NCBI GenBank assembly: GCA_035221665.1
Contig: CM069151.1
Location: 19,096,001-19,160,000, forward strand
Length of the DNA stretch: 64,000 bases
Direction: 5' to 3'
Source of the DNA: Okamejei kenojei
Taxonomy: Eukaryota
The position numbers were made by a program, and so were the translations under genes. This document shows positions 15,001 through 27,000 of this stretch, one piece after another. Numbering within the stretch: the stretch's first letter is position 1; every line of letters begins with the position of its first letter. A model generated the notes under the pieces. It had not been told where the DNA came from. It saw only the letters and a program-made list of their open reading frames with translations, and made no database searches.

Positions 15001-18000
15001 CTTCATAAATATTAAAATAATAATTTAATTGAGAAAATTCACATTATTTAGGAAACCTCCCAACTAAATTGTAGATGCAGTTGATGACATGACTAGATTT
15101 CCTTAGCTATGAATTAATGTCTCATATATAATCAATGTTCTAAGAATCGAGTCAGATTTCCTTACCTTCCTTGGTGGGTTTGAATTGCAAAAACATGATT
15201 CCGGTGGATTGTATGTGACTTTCTTGTGTGTGGGCTCAAAGATTGTGGGAATTATTGTAGATGTACTCTGCTTTCGCTCACAGCACACTCTAATTCTATA
15301 ATCCAGACACATGAGACGATCCTTGGGACTCTGGTCAGTGTAATTGCAGATCAGCCCTTTCGTTCTATCACAAGTAACAATGTCCTCTGTTTTATTTATT
15401 GGTTGCTGTGGGAACTTGACAGCCTCGCAATTAATGTCACTTATTTTATAGGGACACAGCTTTGGGGTAATTCTTCCAACAGTTCATAATCGCCTTTATC
15501 CTGAATAGATGGCGTATTGGTATTAAACCAGGATGACCATTCTCCATTGCAAAACAGTTCTGTGAAATAAAAGATGAGCCTATCAATATCATCACAGGCA
15601 TAAAAGCTCAGATATTTGGCAGGTCATAGTGACATGAAATCCTGGCTTCTTGCTCCAGAACCTGTTCTGACATTAATCTGTTCTGAGATGGTTATTCCCC
15701 CTGGCTGCAAGGGTTGGACAGGCTAGATGCAGGAAGATTGTTCCCGGTGTTGGGGAAGTCCAGGACAAGGGGTCACAGTTTAAGGATAAGGGGGAAGTCT
15801 TTTAGGACCGAGATGAGAAAATCGTTTTTCACACAGAGAGTGGTGAATCTGTGGAATTCTCTGCCACAGAAGGTAGTTGAGGCCAGTTCGTTGGCCATAT
15901 TTAAGAGGGAGTTGGATGTGGCCCTTGTGGCTGAAGGGATCAGGGGGTATGGAGAGAAGGCAGGTACAGGATACTGAGTTGGATGATCAGCCATGATCAT
16001 ATTGAATGGCGGTGCAGGCTCGAAGGGCCGAATGGCCTGCTCCTGCACCTAATTTCTATGTTTCTATGATATGTAAATTAACATGGCCAGCCTCAACCGA
16101 ATTGTTAAAGTGCTTAAATTCACTGAACAAAATTGTACACTATTGAAGAGTCAGTATGATTCCAATTACATTCAGCCATGTCAAGAGAATGATGGCTGTA
16201 AGCAGCAGAAATTTCAAATTGATTTTGAAGTTTGTCCTCTTCTGCAGAAATGGGATAGTATTGGATTGGAACAGAGTCTAGTCTACCATGGCAAAGTGAA
16301 GTGCAAAGAATCTGAAGCTGTCCTTTCAAAATTAACTGGTTTTAAATGGCTGAGTATTGAGGCAAGATTGAAAATTCAACTGTTACTGCAGAAATGAGGC
16401 CCAGGTTATTTTAGATGCCCGACCTCATTGACATGCTTTGTTTGAAGGTAGAGTCTGACCTTCCCTCAGAATGATCTGCTTAGACTTAACACTGCAGGGA
16501 ACAGCTCCATCTTATAATTACTTGCATCATTTTCTGAAAGTTTAGTCTTGGCAGAGTGGTGTAGGCAGGGGAATGGGCAGGGATCATAGAAAGTTGAAAG
16601 GTCAATGTCAATGCCAGGAACATTGCCACTTAGTAATTAGATACCAAATGGGAGAAAGACTCAACATCAACTTTCTTGGGCATCATTGAAACCTGAATGG
16701 AGCTGACTGAGTCTCATTGGTCAAGTACTCAAATTACAGTGAAAGGCCTTACTGATACATGAAATATTGGTTGTTACCAGTAGTGGTGCTGTGAATAGGA
16801 GAACTTGTAGCAGTTGTCACTGTTGTATGTCTTTCTAAATAAAACACAAAATAATCAATTAGTGGTAAGAAAGCAAAGTCAAAAGTTTTGATGAAACTTC
16901 AACTAAAAACTTCATGGATACATCTTGAGTTGATTAAACAAATTGTTTTTTTATAGATGCTATTTGACTTAAATCCATTCAAGCCTAATGCAACTTCTCC
17001 AGCTGTCTGCCTTTGAATTAACATTATATGCTGGTTGCTTACAAACTACATTAGAATCAAAACCCAAAACCAAATTGGACTGGTCCCTTCATAGCTTGAT
17101 GTTGAGAAGGTCCCATCCCAGCCCGATCCCACCCCAGGTTCTATTTACTAGAGGTTAAAAGACTGAGCATGGATCTCACTGAAATGCATAAAATCATGGT
17201 GGGACAGAGCATTAAAGGTGTTTCCAATGCAGTAGATGTTCACAGCCTGGAGTCACAGATAGAGGCTATGAGTCAGACAATTGGGACTGAAGTAAAGAGA
17301 AATTTGTTAATATGGAATTCTCTATCACAGAAGGCAGTTAAGACATTCAAGAAGGAGGTTAGAAAAATTATGAATTTTAACTCTAGAGCTCAAGGAAAAT
17401 AGAAAGAAAACGCAGAACATGGTACTGAATCTGATCCTGCTTCATCGTCAATGTGATCATGGCTGATGGACAACATGACTTATCCTAACTTCAGTGTTTC
17501 AGTGATCTTGTTGGTTTCTGAGGCTTCCCAGCAGGTCTGCAGATAAATACTGATGAGGTAATGCATATGTCTATTTTTAATGGGATTTATTATTTTCCAA
17601 TGTCTTTATCTTTATTTGTTTTCAAGTGGTCAAGATTGAACCTGGGTCTCTGGCACATACAGCAGCAACTCTACTGCTGTTCCATTGTGTCACCCCTAAA
17701 GTAACTCAGCAGGTCAGGCTATCAGTCTGAAGATGGATCCTGATCCAAAACATCACCCATCCAAATTCACCAGAGATGCTGCCCGACCTGCTGAGTTACT
17801 CCAGCACTTTGTATCCTTATGTACAAACAGACTTGGTGCAATATACAAATGGCTGTTACTTACTAGATGTAGAGCTGGTGGTTGTTGGCGAAGTTGTTGT
17901 TGTTGTTGTGGTTGTTGTTGGCAGTGTTGTTGTGGTTGTTGTTGGCGTCGTTGTTGTTGTGGGCGTCGTCGTTGTTGTGGTTGTTGTTGGCGGTGTTGTT

Positions 18001-21000
18001 GTTGTGGTTGATGTTGGCGTCGTCGTGGTTGTGCTTGTTGCGGTTGTTGTTGGCGGCGTTGTTGTTGTTGTTGTTGGCGTCATTGTTGACGGTGTTGTTG
18101 TGGTTGTTGTTGGTGTCGTTGTTGTTGTGGTTGTGGTTGGTGTTGGCGGTGTTGTTGTCATGGTTGTTGGCGTAATTATTGTTGTTGTAGTGGTTGTTGG
18201 CGTTGTTGTTGTGGTTGTTGTTGGCATCGTTGTTGTTGTTGTGGCTGTTGTTGGCGTTGTTGTTGTGGTTGTTGTTGGCGTCGTTGTTGTTGTGGTTGCT
18301 GTTGTCCTTGTTGTCGGCATTGTTGGCATTGTCGTTGTTGGCCTTGTTGCTGGTGTTGTTGTCATTGCTGTTGTTGGTGTTGATATTATTTCTACAGAGT
18401 AAAAAAATCATTTCAACTAATTGCATTGATTGTCATTGACTAAGTTTTACCATTCATAATTGTATCATTATCACTGGTTGAATGTGAGATCTCCTGTAAT
18501 GTAGTCTCCCGTGGATTAAAAACATTAAAAAGCAGGGGCATAATAGTTCAGTCATCCTCTTCAGACTGCTCCTCCAGTCAATACGATCATGGATGATCCA
18601 ATCTTGGCCTTAACCTAATTTACCATGCTCGATTAAATAGATTACGTATCTGACAATCTTCACATTGAATACATTCAACAATTCTGTCTCCAAAGCACTC
18701 TTGAGATTGAGAATTCCAAGAGTTTGCAACACTTTGAGAGGAAATTTCTCCTCCGTTCATCTAGAATGGATAACCTCTCATTCTGAAATTACACCCACTT
18801 CTCCCTGCTAACCCTACAAGGGGAAGTGTCCCCTAAGCACCCACCCTGTCAATGACCCTCAGGATGTTATTTGTTTCTGAAAGGTAGACCCTCAACATTG
18901 TACATCCAATGAGCATCGAGCCAACCTGCTCAACCTATTTCATGTCATTCCCTAGGAAATTGGGATGAAGAAATTAAGCTTGAAAAATAAATACACAGTT
19001 CCAAGGCCACCTATAAACAAAAACACAACTGCTGTACTTGCATTTGGAGCAGTGAAAGATGGTCAATCAGATGAAATAACCAAACCAGGATGACCTGAAA
19101 ATAGTTCCATTGATTCCACAATATTTATTTTACATTATTAGTGTTAATATTGAAGGGAGAACATTTTTAATAACTGAAGATGTGTTATTTATTAGGAATA
19201 ACACCTCAATGCACCATTCTCACTCTGAGCTTCACAAATCAGAAATGTGATAATAAATATTCCTGATTTGCGATTCCATCCTGCTAAGGGTAATCAGCAA
19301 AATAAATCCTGAAAGCAAATTACAAGCAAAATAGGTTTCAATAGAAGAATGAAAGGCTTACTTCACGACCTGCTCAAAGAGCAATCACAGCATTGCACGT
19401 GGAAAGGGGCTTTACATGATCACAAGTCACCGTCACTTACCAGGTACATAGCTGGTGGTTGATGTGGCTTTGGTCAATTTCTCTGTGGTTGCTGTTGTTT
19501 CTGTAGAGCATGAAAAAATATTTCAACCACTTCTGATGGGTTGTGAGGTTTTATTTGTCTCCTTCAGTTTTTAGGACACTGTTGTATGATGCAAAACTGA
19601 GGCCTCTAACCTACCACCTATGTAGGGAAATCACTTCAGTGGAGAATTGCTGGACCTTTGAGTATATTTGCAATTGATAAGATTGAAGTTCCATTAGTTC
19701 ATAATTCTTGCTGGTGATCCACCAGACTAAATTACTATTTATTACTTTGCGTGGTTCCCCAGCATTAATTTACTTAAAGAATTCCACACAATCTTCAGCA
19801 CAGGTTCTGCACGGCATCAGAGCTTTCTGCAGCTGAGCGGGCATCTTGTGAGGAGAGCAACAGCAGTCCTATTCACAGAGCGGCTGCCATAACCTGCCCT
19901 GCCAACTCAGCCAAATGTCAGCATTCAGAAAATTGGCAAGAATCAGGAAATCATCAAAGATTTTACAAAAAATCTTGAATTCGTTTAAATTCAAATATAA
20001 AAAACATTTAAATTCAAAGAAATCCAACAAATTGTTTCACAGAGCATACAGCACAGCTACAGGCTCTTTGGCACATATGGTCCACACCAACCATAAGGTA
20101 CCCACCTCTGCAATAATCTTACTCCAACCCATTCTGTTTATGCAGTATTACTATCAACTCCCCCCCCCCCCCCCAGATTCTACCATTCATCTAAACAATC
20201 AGGCAATTTACAAAGGCCAATTACCATACTGACCCACGCTTCTTTGGCATGTGGGAAGAAACGGAGCACCCAGAAGAATCCTAGGTGATCACAGGGAGAA
20301 CAGGCAAATTCCACTCTGACATGTTCAATATAAATCCTGATTGACAGATTGAATCCAGTTTGCTCAAGATATGAGGCAGCATCTCAACCAGCTATTCCAA
20401 ACCACCCAACCATTGCTCAATGTAACATTAGCTATCACACACCCCAACAATCAGAATTGATACCGTTCATCAACAAGCCTTATCACTCCCAGGCATATTT
20501 GGCAATGTTGCTAACTCAGATTTGACAATCTGCACCCACACAGAGTATGCAGTAATGGGACTGCTTACTGAGAACCTCCCTTGTCAGGAATGTAGGTGTT
20601 GAAGTGTTGAGATTATGCACATTGTAAAGGGCCTGTCCCACTTTCACTATCTAGTTCACGACCTCTGCCGAGTTTGCCTCTGACTCATACTCGCAGCATG
20701 GTCATCACAAGGTCGTCGGAGGCCATTGGTAGGTTGTGATGCTAGTCGTAGGTACTCGTGGCATCAAGTAGGTTGGGGCATTTTTCTAGCCTGATGAAAA
20801 ATGTCCACGCGTAAAAAATGTTGTGAATTAGGTAGTGAAAGTGGGACAGGCCCTTACGCAACCTACCTCAGGATTTACAACATAACGTCCACAGTAAAAG
20901 CATTTCCGAATCAAATAATTCCACAGAAACTGTTCAGGTAAAACCATTGATGCTAACTTTTGTTCCCTGCTTATAACAGAGTGCACAATTTTATAAAATG

Positions 21001-24000
21001 ATTACTTCTGTACAGACTGACCATTTGCAATGTTTAAACCTGTTTGCATAAACTAAAATTGAGGTTGGGTAGCAGAGCGCTCAATAGAAGAAAACATTTT
21101 TAAAGCAATAATTTGAAAGAAAAGGTTGAGATAGGGCAAAACTAGCTGGCATTTATTTCATAGAACATAGAACAACTAGAGAGCAATCCTGAACTACTAC
21201 CTACATTGGCGACCCTTGGATTATCTTTAATCAGACTTTACTGGTCTTTATCTTGCATTAGATTTTATCCTGTTTATCATGTATCTGTATGTTGGGTTGG
21301 AAGATTGCAACCTTCACGTGGTCCGCCCTGTTTTGACGAATGCAATCAACCCGCCGTGCACAATCAAATAAGATCAAATAGAACAAGTTGTACTGCAACT
21401 GTAGGCTGTACACTCCATATACAAGGAAAAGAAAATGTATCTGTATACTGTGGACAGTTCGATTGTAATCATATAGTCTTTCTGCTGACTGATTAGCTCG
21501 CAAGAAAACGCTTTTCACTGGCAAGCAATATGTCAAACTTTTGGAACCTCCAGCTAGAGGTGTTACAGTGTAAAATGTTTTTCTGCAATACAGAATCGAC
21601 AGCAAAGTTACTGACCACAATGACATCTACTCCCAGCTACAGAGCAGGCAGACCAACAGGTTGATTATTATCTATTTTAGTTTACTTTATTTTAGTTTAG
21701 TTTATTGTCCTGCTACATCTGGCTAATCTCAAAAATATGTTGATATATCTACCGACAGAATTGGTTTACACAGATCCAAACCCATTACTCCAGTTTTCTC
21801 TCTTTCCCTCCAAACAGCCTTCCTCACAATGTTTTCCTTTGCAGGCTGCAAATCCACCATCTGCTCTCCCTGATCTCCTTGGCAAATCTTGCCCTATCAA
21901 GTGCTGACTCTTTCAATAGATTGCCTAGCTTCTCCCATCAATGCAGTATATTGTGACATATGTGGGAATGGTCCTTCTTATCCTTTAGTTCATGATAGAT
22001 AATTCCATTAATATTGTATCCTTTGCATAATGCGGGCTAACTGAATTTGGTAACAGATTTGATAACTGAAGCTGAAGGTGACTGGGATCTGGTTAAGAAC
22101 ACAACCAGCAGAATCTTTTATAATCTCAAGATTGAAAAACAAGTGTGGGCAACCAAGTGTACAATAGAATATGCAAACCCAGCTGAAACATTGATGAGAA
22201 TATCAGCAGGGCTAGAGGGTTAGAATTGTGTGATAATACAGAGATGGAAATAAATAAATGGGAAATGTGGTGCAAGGTTCAACAGCCGTCAACCACTTAC
22301 TAGTTGTTGAACTGTTGGTTGTTGAAGTTATACGTGGCACCGTTACTGTTGATGTTGTTTCTATAAAACATAAAAGATGTCACATTTAAAGATGGTTATA
22401 ACGCATACTGTTGCTCTATGACTTTGTATCAGGTTCAACTTGTTATTTTTCATTTTCAGGATTCAGATGTCACCAGCAATACTGGCATTTATTGTCAATC
22501 CCCAAATTCCTCATATTGACGAGACAAAGGCAAAACTTTCCATGGCCAACAAGAGACATAACTGACATACCGTCTTTAAATCTCCATGACTGTGGTATGA
22601 AGACATCTCCTGTTCTTGTACAGATTGTACAATGGAAACCAATGCCACTACTGGACAGCTGCAGCCTGAGCTAAACAGCTCTGCTTAGATATATCTTACA
22701 TCCTTAACTGGAAGTTGCATTGTAGCTGTGAGAGTGGATGGAGGGTGTGCTACAAGTTAAGCTGGCCTGAGAAATTATAGACTAGTTTCACTGCTTTAAT
22801 GGTATAGTCCTCTTCAGTAATGCAAAACCCAATCTCCCATAAATCGTCACAGGTGTTGTCGATTCTGTATTGCAGAAACACATTTAACAATAAACAATTG
22901 CATTAATGCTGTACACTCAGAATAAAACTGACCTGCTCAGATTTCTTACAGGGTGTCGAAGGGTGAACGATGACTGGGACCTGGCTGAGAGCATGATAGG
23001 GAAATCAAAATAAATCAGAAGTGGGGAACAATTAAGGTGGGCAAGAGAGTTAAAGGTTCTTCATTGGGAAAAGGGATCGAAGGAGAATATTAGTGTGTTC
23101 AAGTAGATCGGTGGATGTAGAATTGCATCTGGGACAGAGACAGAGGGAAGGAGGATGGGATAGTGTATGGACGGCAGCAGAGGGAAGTCATCGGTGAGGG
23201 ATAGAATTTGAAAGAAACAATGAGAAGTAATTCCAAAGCAAATAGTTAAAAAATGCATTATCTGAGAAAGCTCAGTGAAAGTTGTACATTGCTGCTTTCT
23301 CAATGGCTCACCCAGAGTCCTTGTGCAGACAAACTTGGTGCAAGGATAAACAACCGTCAATCACTTACCAGCTGTGTAGCTGCTGGTCGATGTCGTTGTG
23401 GGTGGTACCTTTGTTGTTGTTGTTTCTGTAAAACATAAAAGATGTCACAGCAAGTTATAATGCACACTGTGGCTCGATGACCGTATCAGGTCCAACTTCT
23501 CATTTTTAATTTCAGGGTGTAGGTTCCACCACCAATGCAGGCATTTATTGTTAATTCACAATTGCCCCATGTTAAGGATGCAATTGCTCAACCTTCCATC
23601 AGCAGCCTTTTGTGTTTCCATTCATCACATTCAGTTAGATTGTCATGTTAACAATAGATTTTCTTCTTCATGTTGCCCTTTGAATTGAAACATCAATCCA
23701 ATTATGCCATCCTATCAAAGCAATCAATTGGGAAGAATAATGTGAGATAGAATCAGAGTGATATTTTGTTCAATGATGGAAGAATAAACCAGGTTCCTTT
23801 GGAGAGCAACTGTGGGCCAGAAGTACAGTAATCCCACTGTTATCTGTCTAGTTTGCTAGTAGATGGTAGTAGATGATGTTGTGGTCTGAAACTCTGTTGG
23901 TGAAGTTGTTTCTAAATGGTGATAAGGAGTGAGAGAGGGTTAAAGAAGGGAAGAGTAAGAGTTCCTCATAGGGAAAAGAACCAAGTTGAAGGATACTCTG

Positions 24001-27000
24001 TACTTTAGATCAGTGGCTTGAGAATTGCTGCTGCAAATAGACAGAGGGAAGGAGGATGGGAGAGTTTATGGACCGCAGCAGAAGGACGTCGTCGGTGAGG
24101 GCTAGAATTTTAAGAAACTGAGAAGTAGCGTGGCCAAATGAAGAGCGGGAATTAATGGAAAGAATATGGGCTGGATAGTTTGTACAGAGTTCATTAGAGG
24201 GGAAACTTGATGGATTGAAATGCATGTGGAACTCTCACTGAAACATAATAAAATTCCAAATGCCCCTTCAATAAAAGATAGTTTCCTTGCACATAACTGG
24301 CTTATTTACCAGAAATTGTTGTTGTTGTTGTACTTGGAGTTGTTGTTGCTACATACTCATAGCAAATTCGAATTTGATAGTCAAGACAGATGTTGACTTC
24401 CTCCAATGAATCATCGGAGACACTGCAGACCAGTCCTACGACTGGGTCACAGGTCACATTGTCTGGTGATTCACTTATTGGCCACTCAGGATAATGGACA
24501 AATTGGCATTCGACTTTATTAATGATACAGTAACTGGAAGGACACAGATCTTGCCGTATGGAGGCCAGTAATTCCGTATCGCCTGGACTGTATTCAGATG
24601 GTCTGTGGCTATTATACCATGCAGACCAGACACCATTACATTTCCAGCCTGGAAAAGGAGAAGCCAAGGTTCAGTTCATCTTCCTTCAAGTGTTCATTAA
24701 ACAAAAATACACAATAAAATAGCAAGATTCATATTTCCTCATTTTTCAGTACTAGCCCAGTGGTGAAGATGTGCAGCACCTACTCCCAAAACTCTGAAAC
24801 ATTGTGTCTTCTTTTGAATCACAGTATTTTTGATGACAAGGTATGTTTAATCAAAATAAACTGTGGAATACTCATTCCCATTTCACATTGGACGCACATA
24901 ATCATGAGCCTATTTCTGCCAATTATGGACATCACAAAATATTGTATCAACTGATGTTGAATTCTTGATCAGCACAGTCTAATGGGAAAATTCACTGAAA
25001 CACAGTCCTCTGAAGGATATCCACAATTTACAACACAAAGTCCACAGCTACAATTAATTCCAAAACTAATAGTTAAAAAATGCATTATCTGAGAAAGCTC
25101 AGTGAAAGTTGTACATTGCTGCTTTCTCAATGGCTCACCCAGAGTCCTTTTGCAGACAAACTTGGTGCAAGGATAAACAACCGTCAATCACTTACCAGCT
25201 GTGTAGCTGCTGGTCGATGTCGTTGTGGGTGGTACCTTTGTTGTTGTTATTTCTGTAAAACATAAAAGATGTCACAGCAAATTATAATGCACACTGTGGA
25301 TCGATGACCGTATCAGGTCCAACTTCTCATTTTTAATTTCAGGGTGTAGGTTCCACCACCAATGCAGGCATTTATTGTTAATTCACAATTGCCCCATGTT
25401 AAGGATGCAATTGCTCAACCTTCCATCAGCAGCCTTTTGTGTTTCCATTCATCACATTCAGTTAGATTGTCATGTTAACAATAGATTTTCTTCTTCATGT
25501 TGCCCTTTGAATTGAAACATCAATCCAATTATGCCATCCTATCAAAGCAATCAATTGGGAAGAATAATGTGAGATAGAATCAGAGTGATATTTTGTTCAA
25601 TGATGGAAGAATAAATCAGGTTCCTTTGGAGAGCAACTGTGGGCCAGAAGTACAGTAATCCCACTGTTATCTGTCTAGTTTGCTAGTAGATGGTAGTAGA
25701 TGATGTTGTGGTCTGAAACTCTGTTGGTGAAGTTGTTTCTAAATGGTGATAAGGAGTGAGAGAGGGTTAAAGAAGGGAAGAGTAAGAGTTCCTCATAGGG
25801 AAAAGAACCAAGTTGAAGGATACTCTGTACTTTAGATCAGTGGCTTGAGAATTGCTGCTGCAAATAGACAGAGGGAAGGAGGATGGGAGAGTTTATGGAC
25901 CGCAGCAGAAGGACGTCGTCGGTGAGGGCTAGAATTTTAAGAAACTGAGAAGTAGCGTGGCCAAATGAAGAGCGGGAATTAATGGAAAGAATATGGGCTG
26001 GATAGTTTGTACAGAGTTCATTAGAGGGGAAACTTGATGGATTGAAATGCATGTGGAACTCTCACTGAAACATAATAAAATTCCAAATGCCCCTTCAATA
26101 AAAGATAGTTTCCTTGCACATAACTGGCATATTTACCAGAAATTGTTGTTGTTGATGTTGTACTTGGAGTTGTTGTTGCTACATACTCATAGCAAATTCG
26201 AATTTGATAGTCAAGACAGATGTTGACTTCCTCCAATGAATCATCGGAGACACTGCAGACCAGTCCTACGACTGGGTCACAGGTCACATTGTCTGGTGAT
26301 TCACTTATTGGCCACTCAGGATAATGGACAAATTGGCATTCGACTTTATTAATGATACAGTAACTGGAAGGACACAGATCTTGCCGTATGGAGGCCAGTA
26401 ATTCCGTATCGCCTGGACTGTATTCAGATGGTCTGTGGCTATTATACCATGCAGACCAGACACCATTACATTTCCAGCCTGGAAAAGGAGAAGCCAATGT
26501 TCAGTTCATCTTCCTTCAAGTGTTCATTAAACAAAAATACACAATAAAATAGCAAGATTCATATTTCCTCATTTTTCAGTACTAGCCCAGTGGTGAAGAT
26601 GTGCAGCACCTACTCCCAAAACTCTGAAACATTGTGTCTTCTTTTGAATCACAGTATTTTTGATGACGAGGTATGTTTAATCAAAATAAACTGTGGAATA
26701 CTCATTCCCATTTCACATTGGACGCACATAATCATGAGCCTATTTCTGCCAATTATGGACATCACAAAATATTGTATCAACTGATGTTGAATTCTTGATC
26801 AGCACAGTCTAATGGGAAAATTCACTGAAACACAGTCCTCTGAAGGATATCCACAATTTACAACACAAAGTCCACAGCTACAATTAATTCCAAAACTAAT
26901 AGTTAAAAAATGCATTATCTGAGAAAGCTCAGTGAAAGTTGTACATTGCTGCTTTCTCAATGGCTCACCCAGAGTCCTTTTGCAGACAAACTTGGTGCAA

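Noticed and set aside
17733-18439. Poly-Val, poly-Asn, poly-Leu and poly-Cys ORFs
   Set aside because: Alternative frames or antisense of the (ACA)n Thr-rich exon; only the Thr frame has matching splice sites.
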